From Macrostomum lignano (lineage: Eukaryota): 64,000 nt of DNA. Of the stretch, positions 39,201-51,794 are shown piece by piece. The notes below the pieces were generated by a model. The model did not search any database and was not told the DNA's origin. It worked only from the letters and a program-made list of their open reading frames with translations. Location: NCBI GenBank assembly GCA_002269645.1, contig NIVC01000396.1, positions 248,001 through 312,000 on the forward strand. The letters run 5' to 3'. Both the position numbers and the translations under genes were made by a program. Numbering within the stretch: position 1 is the stretch's first letter; each line of letters begins with the position of its first letter.

Positions 39201-40736
39201 GACCTACGGCACAGTCTCAGTCGCCTACCGCGGGCTCTGAGCGCCAGGGCGAACCTGACGGGGCCGCGGGGCGACACTCTGTGGCAGCTGAGCGCCGACC
39301 TGGACCGCGGCGAGAGGATCGCGGAGATTCGGACCAGTCTGAACGGCGTGTTTCATTTCGTACTGGCGGAGCAGCTGCTCCAGTTCCGATCCAGCGACGT
39401 GGCCGACCTGTCGCTGGCCTTTCCGAGCTTCCGAACGTCCAGAACGAATCAAGGAGGCGTCGGAGCAAAAGCGGTGTTCTTGAACCTGACGGTGCCGCTT
39501 CTCGGACTGCGCCGATCTGTGGAGCTGGCGGCTGAGCACCAGCTGGTTGAGAACGGGCGGAAGGTGGTGCTGAGCTGCGGCCGGGCGGGAGCTGAGATGC
39601 TCAACGGCTATTTGACAGTCACAGAGCAGACGGACCATGGTGTCAACTTCAGTGTGGAAGCTCAGCTCTCTTCCAACGCTGGATTGCTGTGGTCAGCAAC
39701 AACTGTGAAGACTCAGATGTCAGCTGGAATGCTAAGGGGCGAAGACAACTACACCATGGCGTTCAGCAGCCGGGTGTTTGTGGATGGAATTGAGAACAGC
39801 GCCGTGACGGCTGGCCTGCTGGGCGGGTCGGGCGGCTGGCCCAGCCGGCCCAGCCGGGGCAGCGCTCGGGCCGCGGGCTTCACCGACTGGGAGGTCGGCT
39901 TCGACCTGTCCCGGCCGGACGGCTCTAAGTCCCTCGGCGGCAGGCTGGTCAGGTGGGCGGGCGCTCAGGTCGGACCCTACTCGGCCAATGCGAGTCTCGG
40001 CTCAACAGGCCAGCCCGGCGGTCGCGACTTCCGCTTCGAAACTGAGAGCCCACAGCGTCACTTCGTGGTTGCCAAGGAGTTCGATCCGAACCTGGACAGG
40101 AAGAGTCTGAAATTCTTCATCAACAGGCGACTCAACCACGGCCTGGTGGTGGCTCTTCAACGAGGACCGGAGCCGCAGCAGAGAGCGCTTGAGTTCGAAT
40201 TGCCGACCCGACTGATTCGAGTCGAAATTCGGCCGCTTCAGAGCCGGTCGGAGTCGTCCAGCGGTCTCGGCGTCCGCGTGGCCTGGGACGCCGCTCGAGC
40301 GCCCGACAGAGAGATCCGCCTCGACCTGATGGCAGGCAGCGAGGGCTCCGTCTGGGCCGCGTCGGCGACATGCGAGGCGCCGTTTCTGCTCGACCTGATG
40401 ACGCTGGAGCTGCGACGGGAGGACGGTGTCGGCCGCTCCGCACTGGTGCTCCGACAGCTGGCCGGCGACCGGGAGACGGCACGAGCCCAGGTCGGCTTCG
40501 AGCAGCAGTTGCGTCGAATCGACCTGCTGCTGGGGACCAGCGGCCCGACGGTGGGCGACGGCGCCAGCTCGCGGCTGAGCGCGACAGTCGAGATTGACGG
40601 CGACTCTCTGGACGACGAATCTCGCCGTCGCCGTCTTCACCTGTTCCTTGGCGACGTGCGGATCGAAGTGCCGTCGCATGGCGTCAACAAGTCGTTTAAG
40701 TTTGTCTACCGGCCGATGCGAGAGTTCACCTGCGCG
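33294..40736 (+). CDS. LLTP exon 6, about 7.4 kb, with two apparent frameshifts (about 37645 and about 39233)
   Basis: Acceptor TTTCAG|GAC. LALGDLVYRVC, ELRIAAYRAL, PQSAIPRYIGLNL and NALELGLRIEG are LLTP motifs. Three consecutive ORFs (frames 0, 1, 0) have continuous coding character. Donor GCG|GTGAGT. Confidence 0.85.
34257..34274 (+). other. furin-type cleavage site RRRVRR (about residue 790)
   Basis: R-X-R-R motif just after the LLT domain, where insect apolipophorin II/I is cleaved. Confidence 0.6.
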
Positions 40737-40914
40737 GTGAGTTTTGAATTGGATTGCTGGATCAGGCCAGGCTTCCAAGGCCGATTGCCGATATGTATCG
40801 AAAAATAGTTTTCAATAAAAACTTTGGCTAGGAATCGGTCTTAAACTGCTTCAGCTTATGATTGGTTCTCCTTTTTGGGAGCTGTCTGGTGAAGCATGCA
40901 AAGATTGGGGAGAA

Positions 40915-41225
40915 GAGACTGGAATGACAGAGAAGAGATTAGAATGACAGAGAAGAGATTAGAATGACAGAGAAGAGATTAGAATGACAGAGAAGAGATT
41001 AGAATGAGAGACAAGAGATTAGAAAGAGAAAGAAGAGATTAGAATGAGAGAGAAGAGATTAGAATGAGAGAGAAGAGATTAGAATGTCAGAGAAGAAATT
41101 AGAATGACGGAGAAGAGATTAGAATGACAGAGAAGAGATTAGAATGACAGAGAAGAGATTAGAATGACGGAGAAGAGATTAGAATGACAGAGAAGAGATT
41201 AGAATGACAGAGAAGAGATTAGAAT

Positions 41226-41313
<88 letters not shown>

Positions 41314-41510
41314 AAATGAGAAGAGAATATATTAGAACGAGAGAGAGAGAGATTAGAATGAGAGAAGAGATTAGAATGAGAGAAGAGATTAGAATGAAAG
41401 AAAAGAGATTAGAAAGAGAAAGAAGAGACTAGAATGAGAAGAGAAGAGATTACAATGACAGAGAAGAGACTCTAATGACAGAAGAGATTAGAATGAGGAG
41501 AGAAGAGATT

Positions 41511-41560
<50 letters not shown>

Positions 41561-42540
41561 AAATGAGAAGAGAAGAGATTAGAACGAGAGAGAGAGGTTA
41601 GAATGAGAGAAGAGATTATAATGAGAATAGAAGAGATTAGAATGAGAGAAAAGAGATTAGAATCAGAGAGAAGAGATTAGAATGAGAGAGAAGAGATTAG
41701 AATGAGAAGAGAAGAGATTAGAATGAGAGAGAAGAGATTAGAATGAGAGAGAAGAGATTAGAATGAGAGAAGAGATTAGAATGAGAGAGAAGAGATTAGA
41801 ATGAGAGAGAAGAGATTAGAATGAGAGAGAAGAGATTAGAATGAGAGAGAAGAGATTAGAATGAGAGAAGAGATTAGAATGAGAGAGAAGAGATTAGAAT
41901 GAGAGAAGAGATTAGAATGAGAGAGAAGAGATTAGAATGAGAGAGAAGAGATTAGAATGAGAGAGAAGAGATAAGAATGAGAGAAGAGATTAGAATGAGA
42001 GAGAAGAGATTAGAATGAGAGAAGAGATTAGAATGAGAGAGAAGAGATTAGAATGAGAGAAGAGATTAGAATGAGAGAGAGGAGATTAGAATGAGAGAAG
42101 AGATTAGAATGAGAGAGAAGAGATTAGAATGAGAGAGAAGAGATTAGAATGAGAGAGAAGAGATTAGAATGAGAGAAGAGATTAGAATGAGAGAAGAGAT
42201 TAGAATGAGAGAAGAGATTAGAATGAGAGAGAAGAGATTAGAATGAGAGAAGAGATTAGAATGAGAGAAGAGATTAGAATGAGAGAGAAGAGATTAGAAT
42301 GAGAGAAGAGATTAGAATGAGAGAGAAGAGATTAGAATGAGAGAGAAGAGATTAGAATGAGAGAGAAGAGATTAGAATGAGAGAGAAGAGATTAGAATGA
42401 GAGAGAAGAGATTATAATGAGAGAGAAGAGATTAGAATGAGAGAAGAGATTAGAATGAGAGAAGAGATTAGAATGAGAGAGAAGAGATTAGAATGAGAGA
42501 GAAGAGATTAGAATGAGAGAGAAGAGATTAGAATGAGCGA
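40915..42540. repeat. 18-20-bp minisatellite (GAGAGAAGAGATTAGAAT)n with embedded (GA)n
   Basis: Direct tandem units. Confidence 0.95.
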
Positions 42541-42789
42541 TAGAAAGAAGATGTTGTGAAGGAGAGAGAACGTAAATGAAAAATATCGATAACCAGTTTC
42601 ATTTCTCATTTAGCTAGATTCCACTCCAATGAACATCATAGGTCAGTCTTACACAGCAGGCAGGTTCCTTAATTAAAGATTTTGATTCCTGGAAAATGGC
42701 AAATTTTGATTTGAAGAAAACTAACTTTTGGGCGTGTCCGTAGACAGGAGAAATCGAGTAAGTCTAAAAATAGACTCTCCTGCGCCCAG

Positions 42790-43248
42790 GGCGATAACGG
42801 GTCTGCCATCAGCCTGAGGTTCGCTCCCGGCCAACGGCTGGACCGCTTCACCGTCTTCGCCTCCGGCAACGACCGCCAGGCCGCCCGTCTGGACGCCGTC
42901 TTGGACAAGCGGAGGAGCCGCCTGACCGCCGCCTTGGACACCGGACTGGGCGGCTTCGACTTCCCCGACGACCTTCGAGCGAGTCGCCGATTCGGCGGCG
43001 GCAGCGGCGGCCCCGGCTTCCGGCCAAACGCCACGCTGGTCTTCGCCTCGGCCGGCGTCTCGGACGATGGCCGGCGAGCTCACGCGGCAGTTCTAGTCGG
43101 CCGGATGCGGTTCGGACATTGGCCGAACCCGGCCGAGCCAGCCTCGGTGCCGGCCGGTCTGAACCTGTTCTCACTGGGGCTGCGGCTGCACGGCAACAAC
43201 TCGGTGGAGGGCAGCAGCGCCTGGAGATCCGAACGGGTCGATGGAGTC
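42790..43248 (+). CDS. LLTP exon 7
   Basis: Acceptor CCCAG|GGC and donor GTC|GTGAGT, 153 codons, phase 0/0, GC-rich. Confidence 0.7.
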
Positions 43249-43394
43249 GTGAGTTCGAATCCGCCTCTCTGTGTGTGTGATTGGTCTGGTCTCAGTTTAG
43301 CTTGTTTGATAGCTAATTGAACGCATCTCATCTCTGGCATGCAGTGCTAGACCATCTCAACCGGTCCTGAACCATCTTGAATGCTCCTATCTCA

Positions 43395-43775
43395 CCTGAA
43401 CCCATCTCTCCCTGCATCTCACCTTGAATACTCCCGTTTCACCCTGAATACTCCATCTCACCCTAAATGCTCCCATCTCACCCTGAATGCTCCCATGTCA
43501 CCCTAAATGATCCCATCTCACTCTGAATGCTGCCATCTCACCCTGAATGCTCCCATCTCACCCTGAATGCTGCAATCTCACCCTAAATGCTCCCATCTCA
43601 CCCTAAATGCTCCCATCTCACCCTAAATGCTCCCATCTCACCCTGAATGCTCCCATGTCACCCTGAATGCTCCCATGTCACCCTGAATACTCCCATCTCA
43701 TCCTGAATACTCTCATCTCACTTTGAATGCTCCCATCTCACTTTGAATGCTCCCATCTCACGCTAAATGCTCCCA
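43395..43775. repeat. 20-bp minisatellite (TCCCATCTCACCCTGAATGC)n
   Basis: Direct tandem units. Confidence 0.9.
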
Positions 43776-44221
43776 AGATACTCACATCTAATCTAGAACT
43801 AGAATACACCAATATGATCTAGAATACTCCAATCTCATCTCTCAAAACACTCCTATCTCATCAAAATTAGCAATAAAAAAGTGACAGTTCAACTGCTCTA
43901 ACAACTAAACGCAGTTACAGTGAGCACACAAAGTTCGAGAATAATAAATGATAATTGACACTTTTACGCCCACTAAAAGGACCAGCTGGTGCAGCCAGCC
44001 TACAATCAGCTTACATACAAAATCCCACAAATTAGTGAGCAGGCTGTGAAGTCAGCCGCAGTTTCACACCTGCGCAAAATTTAATTCCCCCGTGCAAGCA
44101 AAATGCGCCTTCGCCTCCGCCCCCGTGACGTTCCGCGGAATCCTTCCCACGCACTGCAATGACTTGATGGAGAGAGCAGTACGAAACTTAAATGAATGAA
44201 GTAACTTCTCGTAATTACAAT

Positions 44222-44720
44222 GAGTCTGTTTTTACCTGTACTGCATTTGAATACAGACTGATATGAGTCTGTATTTACCTGTACTATATTTGAATACAGA
44301 CTGATATGAGCCTGTTTTTACCTGTACTGTATTTGAATACAGACTGATATGAGCCTGCGTTTACCTGTACTGAATTTGAATACAGACTGATATGAGCCTG
44401 TTTTTACCTGTACTGAATTTGAATACAGACTGATATGAGTCTGTATTTACCTGTACTGTATTTGAACACAGACTGATATGAGCCTGTATTTACCTGTACT
44501 GAATTTGAATACAGACTGATATGAGTCTGTATTTACCTGTACTGAATTTGAATACAGGCTGATATGAGCCTGTTTTTACCTGTACTGAATTTGAATACAG
44601 ACTGATATGAGTCTGTATTTACCTGTACTGAATTTGAATACAGACTGATATGAGTCTGTATTTACCTGTACTGAATTTGAATACAGACTGATATGAGTCT
44701 GTATTTACCTGTACTGTATT
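44222..44720. repeat. 43-bp minisatellite with an internal 10-bp inverted repeat (AGTCTGTATT...AATACAGACT)
   Basis: About 11 tandem units with no unique spacers. Confidence 0.92.
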
Positions 44721-44792
44721 TGGAAGTCTGTTTGTCCATTTGGAGACTGTATCGGGCCTGTTTTTGAAGCCTGTTAGTTCCTGTTTTTGCAG

Positions 44793-47133
44793 CTGCCGCA
44801 CTCACTCGCCTCTCATCTGCACTTCCGCCAGAAGTCGGCCGTCGCCCACCTCAAGGAGTCGCTGCTGGACACCTGGATGTCGTCCGGCCTGCGTGCATTC
44901 GGCTCGGCGACCGACGCCCTGCTGCGGGCGGCCGGCGAGCGCCTGTTGAAGTCGGTGGACGCCAAGCGGCTGGCCGAGGAGGCGACCAACCCGCTGCTGG
45001 CCGACCTGACTGCGCTGAAGCTCTACGCCGAGGCCGTCGTCGAGGCGGTCGGCAGCGATCCGAGGCTCGGCGCCATCGTCCGACTGTTGAAGCGATTCAG
45101 CGGCGCCGCCTCCTGGCGAGTCGCTGAGCTGTCTGACTGGCTCGCCAGCCGCCTGTCCGAGGGCGGCGTCGGCCTCGTCGATCTGCGCCTGGCCGAGAGG
45201 GTCCAGCTGGCCGCCGACGCCGCGGTCGAGTTCGTCGACAGCCTGCCGCTGCTCGCCGCCTGGCGTGCCGGCCTGGACGCCGGCAAATCCGCGGCCGGCC
45301 TCGTCAGCGACTGGCTGTCCAGCTGCCGGGAGGTCTCGGACAGTTTCCTTCGCCGGATGCTGAGCTCCGGCGCCGCTGTGTCCGGCCGAGACGGCGCGAC
45401 CGCCTCGGTGCTGCGCCTGCTGTCCGAGCGGGCGAGCCAGCTGCTGTCGTTGGGCTCCGTCAAGGCGGAGATGGCGAAGGCGCTGCTGCAGATCGAGCTG
45501 GCCCTGAAGGCAGCGGTCAGCGACTCACTCGGGCTGCTGGCCGATGACCTGCTGCCATTTGCCATTGGCCACCTGGGCGACTTGGTCCGCCTAAAGGAGT
45601 GGCTGGACGAAGCGCTGTACCAGCTTCGGTTGTGGATCGACTTCGGCGCCGGGTCGGGCGCGGCCCAGCGGCAGGAGCGGCTCCTCAGCTGGCCGCTGTG
45701 GCTGGCGCGGCAGCTGGCTGGGCCGGGGTCGCTGGGCTACTGGCGCAACCTCGAAGACAGCTGGCGGCTGCTCACCAACGGCGAGTTCGCCGCCGCAGTC
45801 CGCCGCCTGCTGATGACTGACGCCTACGGGCTGCGCGTCTGGCGGCCTGTCTGCGACGCCAAATGCCGAGAAAGCGGAGACGCCGCCTTCGCCGCGGTGG
45901 TTGGCGACGTGTACCCGCCGGTGTACCTGGACAGCCTGAGCCCGCGGGTTTGGCGCCGCCGCCTGGCCCGAGTTCGATCGATTCGAGCAACGGCGCGTCG
46001 ATTCCGAGACCGACTGTTCGCTGTAGCGGAAAGGGCGACCCTCGCCTCCCCGCTGTGTCTACGGAACACCCTGCAGCTAAGACTGTTCGCCGCCTCGTCC
46101 GACTGCTACGTGCTGCTGTCGATGTTCAACGACTGGCGCCAGATGGACGCCGGCCTGTGGGACCCGTTGGCGCGCCAGCTGGCGATGCGGCACCGGACGG
46201 CGGTGCTGGCAGGCGGCCGCAGCCTCATCACCTTCGACGGGATCAGCCTGGTGAACCCGTTGCCATGCAGCTACGTTCTGGCGCACGACTTCCGGCTGAA
46301 TGAGTTCACCGTGGCCCAGAGCTACCGCGAAGTGAACGGGACGGCGGTGCGGCACGACCTGCTGGTGAGGTTCGGCAGCGTGCAGTACTCAATCAGCCCC
46401 AGCGGCGTTCTCAAAATCAACGGCCGCATCGAGAAGCTGCCGATGAGTCGCTACGTCGGCGGCCGGCTGGTGCAGGCGGAGCGCAAGAAGAGCCGCCTGC
46501 TCGTCCGCTTCCACGGCGAGACGCTGCGCAACACCCTGCTGCTGCGGTGCAACTCCATCACCGACTCCTGCGTGCTGCGGGTGCACCCTCTCTACCAGGC
46601 CCGCGTCGACGGCATGGCCGGCAGCAACGACGGCCACAGGGCCAACGACCTTCAAGGCGGTAGCCGGGACTCGCACATCCGCTACTGGACCTCCGGCAGG
46701 TGCCTCGCCACCGAGACCGGCGGACCCGACGCCACCCTCTCGCCGGCGGTGGAGTCGCCGGAAGCCGAGGCGAACTGCCAGCTGTGGTTCTCTCGGCGCA
46801 GCTTCTCGTTCGACAAGTGCTTCAGCACAGTCAACCCTCGGCCCTACCTGGACCTGTGCCGCGCCTTCGCCCGTCTCGGCAAGGACATCTGCGAGGTGGC
46901 CGTGCAGTACACCGACCGCTGCCGGAACGAGCTGGTGAACATCAACACGCCCTACAGCTGCGTCCGGTGCAGGGTCGACGAGGAGACGACCATCGTCAAG
47001 GACGACCTGATCAGCGAGCCGCGGGTGCTGCGCAAGCGCCTGCAGGCCGTCTTCCTGCTGGAGAACTCGGACTGCGTGGCCAGCGCCATCGGCCTGAGGG
47101 GCTCCTACATCAGCTACCTGGCCAAGCTCATCG
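44793..47133 (+). CDS. LLTP exon 8 (includes VWD and C8-like domains)
   Basis: Acceptor TTTTGCAG|CTG. TAVLAGGRSLITFDG...PCSYVLAHDF is VWD. CQLWF...KCFSTVNPRPYLDLC is C8-like. Donor G|GTGAGC, phase 1. Confidence 0.88.
46022..46080 (+). mobile_element. 59-bp micro-element, copy 2, inserted in frame in exon 8, with 10-bp TSD GACTGTTCGC (46012-46021, 46081-46090)
   Basis: The protein reads RLFA-VAERATLASPLCLRNTLQL-RLFA. 55/57 identity to 602-658. Confidence 0.82.
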
Positions 47134-47184
47134 GTGAGCCGGGGGTTCGCGGCCGGGGATTCCAGCGGCTTCCGAACTCCCGGA

Positions 47185-47731
47185 CACTCTCTCTCTCACC
47201 TCTCATACCCTCTCACACACCCTCTCACACAACCTCTCACACACCCTCTCACACACCCTCTCACACACCCTCTCACACACTCTCTCACACACCCTCTCAC
47301 ACACCCTCTCACACACCCTCTCACACACCCTCTCACACACCCTCTCACACACCCTCTGACACACCCTCTCACACAACCTCTCACACAACCTCTCACACAC
47401 CCTCTCACACACCCTCTCACACACCCTCTCACACACCCTCTCACACAACCTCTCACACACCCTCTCACACACCCTCTCACACACCCTCTCACACAACCTC
47501 TCACACAACCTCTCACACACCCTCTCACACACCCTCTCACACACCCTCTCACACACCCTCTCACACACCCTCTCACACAACCTTTCACACAACCTCTCAC
47601 ACACCCTCTCACACACCCTCTCACACACCCTCTCACATACCCTCTCACATCTTCTCTCATACCCTGTTTCACACTTTTTTCAAATCCTCTTTCACTCCCT
47701 CTCTCACACCCTTTTTCACACCCTCTCTCAT
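47185..47731. repeat. 12-bp minisatellite (CCCTCTCACACA)n, left part; continues at 51843-52310 after the LTR element
   Basis: Direct tandem units. Confidence 0.93.
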
Positions 47732-47946
47732 TGTTATGTCTTTTTCTCCGACGTGGAGCTGCTACATTTAAGTAAGAAGACAATGGTTCGCTTAAGCGGT
47801 TCGAGCTATCGTTTTGCTCCGGTTGATACAAACTCCTCTTGGGATTCATCTCGTAACTACTTTATTATAAAATAATAGGTTGTGCCCTAGACAACAAAAC
47901 ATTGGGCTGGGGGCATACTCTGTGTCTTCTCTGCTAATATACAACA
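47732..47946 (-). repeat. 3' LTR (215 bp, TG...CA), preceded by PPT AAAAGGGGGAA (47947-47957)
   Basis: Matches 50282-50496 in inverted orientation, with 3 mismatches seen. Confidence 0.92.
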
Positions 47947-48435
47947 TTCCCCCTTTTGTCAATAAAAAGTTGCATTGTCAGTTATCCGGAATTATTCACT
48001 GTATTGCAACCAATCCGGTTTTCTCAATTTGCTTCGATCCCTCAGTATCCTTGTGCCCACGCCTTCTGCTCCAGGGTCAGCGTCATCCTGGTCTGTGTCC
48101 GCTGTCTGAGATTCTCCTCGGCTTGGCACGTCTTGGACCGGTTGAGTTGATTCACTCTCTCGCCGCTCTTTCTCGGTGGTAGTTTTGTCGCTCTGAACTC
48201 TCCTAGGATCCTTCAGAATAGGCGGTAGGTGGTGAGCCTCCGGCTTGTTCTGTCCAGGTAATTCTGCACTGACAATTTGGTCGATGTGTCGCTTCCAGAC
48301 TTGTCCGTTGACCAACAGTCTATAGGACAGCGGTCCTGTGCGGGCGATCACCTTGGCAGAGATCCACCTGTTCTCTCGCTCCCTTCTGAAGTCCAACGTC
48401 AGAACTGAGTCTCCGTCCTGAAATTCTCGAATAGT

Positions 48436-50013
48436 TTATCCTCTCTCTATTTGTCGTTCAGTGACATCCGTCTGCTTGTTTAACACTCTTGAGTAAGCAT
48501 CCGGCTTGAGAAAATCCAACCGTGTCCTGCGACTGTAGCATAACATCATCTCTGCTGATGTTCTACCGGTTGTTGAATGAGGTGTGCTGCGGTAGCGGAA
48601 CAGAAAGTTCTGCATGCTCAAGATTGGATCACTGTGAGTCTTAACTCCTGCTTTGATGGCAGACTTTGCTGTTTGCACCATTCTTTCACTAAGTCTGTTG
48701 GTACGCGGATGTCCAACAGCTGTCAAAATCTGTCGGATGTTATTCCGCTCTAGGAAAGTACGGAACTCAGCTGAGCAGAATTGGCTACCATTGTCACTCA
48801 ACACTTGCTGTGGGATGCCAAATCGTGCGAACGTTTCTTGTAGACATTCTATCGTCCTGTTGGTAGTTGCGTGCTTCATGGGAAAGATCTCAACCCATTT
48901 ACTAGTTGCATCGACTATAACAAGCCAGTAGTATCCATGGAATGGTCCCATGTAGTCCAGTTGAATTCGAGTCCAAGGCTTTTCTGGCCAGACAAGAGGT
49001 TGAACTGGTGCTTGTGCAGGCAAATTCCTTTGCAGCTGACAGCCTTCACAACTACGGACTAGGGCTTCTATAGCCTTGTCGATTCCTGGGAACCATACAT
49101 GCAGTCTAGCTATGGATTTCATTGCAACAATTCCTGGATGTACATCATGAAGCAGTTCTAACACAAGCTGTTGTACGCTTCTTGGAATAATGACTCTTAC
49201 TCCCCAAAACAGCACACCTTGCTCAATGCACAACTCGTTCCGCTTCCTGAAGAACTGTTCCAGCTCTTGCTCACAGGTCTCTGGCCAATCATTTTGACAG
49301 TATCGAACAACTCTCTGAAGCTGTGAATCTTTCTGTGTCTCGGTTCGTATTGTTTCTGCGTTGACTGGTAGCATTTCTAGCCTGACCTCCAAGACACGAT
49401 CAACCTTGCTGATATTACCAGGCACTGGGAGACGTGAAAGTGCGTCAGCATTCGAATGATCCTCTGTTCTTCTGAATTTGATGGTATACTGATGGGCAGA
49501 AAGCAACACGGCCCAGCGCTGAAGTCTGCTTGCTGCTATGCTCGGAATGTCCTTCTTATCTCCAAAAATGGTCAGTAGGGGTTTATGGTCAGTCACTAGT
49601 ATAAAATGATGTCCAAAAAGATATTGGTGAAATCTTTTAACTCCGAAGACGATGGCCAGCGCTTCTTTCTCTAGTTGAGAGTAGTTAATCTCAGGTTTTG
49701 TTAGAGTTCTCGAAGCAAACGCTACAGGCCTTTCCTCGCCATTCGGCATCAAATGTGAGATGACACACCCGATTCCATATTTGGAGGCGTCCGTTTGCAA
49801 CACAAGCTGCTTCTTAGGATCAAAATGAGCCAGAACACGCTCAGAAGTTAGAGTTGCCTTCACTTTCTCGAATGCTGCCGAACACGCCTCACTCCAATGA
49901 AACTCTGCGTCTTTGTGCAACAGTCTGTTGAGAGGTACCAGTATTGATGATAGGTTTGGAATAAACTTTCCATAATGGCTGCTCATCCCTATCAAAGAAC
50001 GAACCTCTGACAC
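48436..50013 (-). pseudogene. gypsy pol: RT C-terminus, RNase H, integrase
   Basis: 525-aa ORF. The integrase tail continues in frame after a nonsense codon, to about 47992. Confidence 0.9.
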
Positions 50014-50281
50014 GTTAGTTGGTGTTGGAGCTTCATGAATTGCCCGAACTTTCTCTTTCGAGGGATGGGTGCGTGCGTGCGAGGAGGGTGCGTGAGAGAG
50101 TGTGAAAGAGAGGGTGAGAGAGAGTGTGAGAGAGAGTGAGAGAGGGGAGAGAGAGGGTGTGACAGAGGGTGTGAGAGAGAATGTGTGTGAGGGTATAAGA
50201 GAAGGTGTGAGAGAGAGGGTGTGAGAGATATGAGAGTGGTTGTAATAGGGGTGTGAGAGAGGGTGCGTGAGAGGGTATGAG

Positions 50282-50516
50282 TGTTGTATATTAGCAGAGA
50301 AGACACAGAGTATGCCCCCAGCCCAATGTTTTGTTGTCTAGGGCACAACCTATTATTTTATAATAAAGTAGTTACAAGATGAATCCCAAGAGGAGTTTGT
50401 ATCAACCGGAGCAAAACGATAGCTCGAACCGCTTAAGCGAACCATTGTCTTCTTACTTAAATGTAGCAGCTCCACGTCGGAGAAGGAGACATAACAATGG
50501 CGACGAGGATGGGATT
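50282..50516 (+). repeat. complete 5' LTR plus PBS, inverted and lodged inside the RT
   Basis: LTR at 50282-50496. PBS TGGCGACGAGGATGGGATT (50498-50516) is complementary to the 3' end of eukaryotic tRNA-Ser(GCU) (…AATCCCATCCTCGTCG-CCA). Confidence 0.88.
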
Positions 50517-50519
50517 GCC

Positions 50520-51794
50520 GATTCATCGATAACATAGCCCAAGAATTCAATTCTGTTTAGGCGGAATTCACACTTTTTCCTATTCAAATGCACACCGTGA
50601 GCTAAAAGACGTTCTAATACAGCTTCCAACCTTTTGTCGTGGTCTTCCAAACAACTGCCGGATACAAGAATGTCGTCTATATAGACAACTACTTCCAAGC
50701 TTGGTAAAATTTTCTCCATCGCTTCTTGAAATTGCGCAGGGGCTGATGCCAGACCCATTGTTAGTCGCTCGCATTGGAACAAACCCAGATGTGTGTTAAT
50801 TGTAGCGAAATTTTTGCACGAATCCTCCAGTTCCAGTTGTAAAAGCGCTTGCGAAATATCCAATTTCGAGAAGACTCTTCCACCATTCAGAGTTGCGAAA
50901 ATTTCTTCCGGTTTCGGCAGAGGGTACTTGTCAACCTCCAATTGAGGATTAACGGTTCTCTTGAAATCAGCGCAAATCCTTACGGATTTTCCATCGCGCT
51001 TCAAAACTGGGACAATCGGAGATGCAAAGTCTGATGCGCTCACTTTTTTTATTATGCCTTGAGCTTGCAAATTCGCCAGCTCCTCTTCAATGAGGCTTTT
51101 GATCGCAAATGGCACCGGTCGACTCTTGCAAAACTTTGGAATGAAGTTTTCTTTCAACAGTATTCTGGCCTTTAGCCCTTTGATAGTGCCAAGGCTTTCA
51201 GCAAACACCTTGATCATACTTCTTCATTAACCGCTCGATAGGTGGAACCAACGTTGTTGTTTTCACATGGGCAAACTTGCTCCAGTCAATTTTCAATGAA
51301 GAGAGCCAGTCCCGACCTAGAAGATTCACTCTGTCTCCCTTCACAACAAGCGCAGTTAGTTGATACTGTCTTTCCTGATAGTTAGTTACGGTAACAGTAG
51401 CTTCGCCCAGAACTGGTATGAGATGATCTGTGTAACTTGACAGTCTAACATTAGATTTAGACCACCTTAAGCCAATTTTCTTGCCAGTATTTTCGTTAAT
51501 AAGGGTCTTGTCTGCGCCAGTATCCAGTTGGAAATTTACAAAATGCCCATTTATATTTAACTCGCACATATACGGTGCTGATCCACTAAAGCCAGCCATT
51601 CCTGTAGCAAACACAGTCCTGATCTCGGAATGCTTGTCTCGACCACTGCAATCCGAACCCTCACTTTCTGACTCACTGTCGAAATTCCGTGCGTAAAGCA
51701 CCTTACCGGACTTCCCACGTTTTGAAGAGTTGAATCGCTTCGACCTGCCACTTCCAGACTCTTTTGCCTTGTTCTTTGTACGGCATGCATGTAC
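50520..51794 (-). pseudogene. gypsy gag C-terminus (knuckle remnant VHAC), protease and RT N-terminal part
   Basis: ORFs 51198-51701 and 50453-51217 contain DTG protease, ASPIVPVLKRDG and YIDD motifs. Confidence 0.88.

Noticed and set aside
33141-40778. Many antisense and alternate-frame ORFs overlapping the LLTP exons and the TE pol genes
   Set aside because: Expected shadows of GC-rich coding sequence, with no recognisable motifs.
44222-44720. CRISPR-like array (palindromic 43-bp repeats); also the 34-35-bp arrays at 417-870 and 1605-2365
   Set aside because: Units are contiguous with no unique spacers, there are no cas genes, and the context is eukaryotic.
47134-47849. SHTP/CVRG-repeat ORFs and the C-terminal extension of the 994-aa ORF
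   Set aside because: Read-through past the exon-8 donor into a 12-bp minisatellite.
47732-50496. DIRS-like or TIR DNA element suggested by inverted terminal repeats
   Set aside because: The repeats are gypsy LTRs (PPT, PBS, 5-bp TSD, DDE integrase, no tyrosine recombinase). The inversion is secondary.
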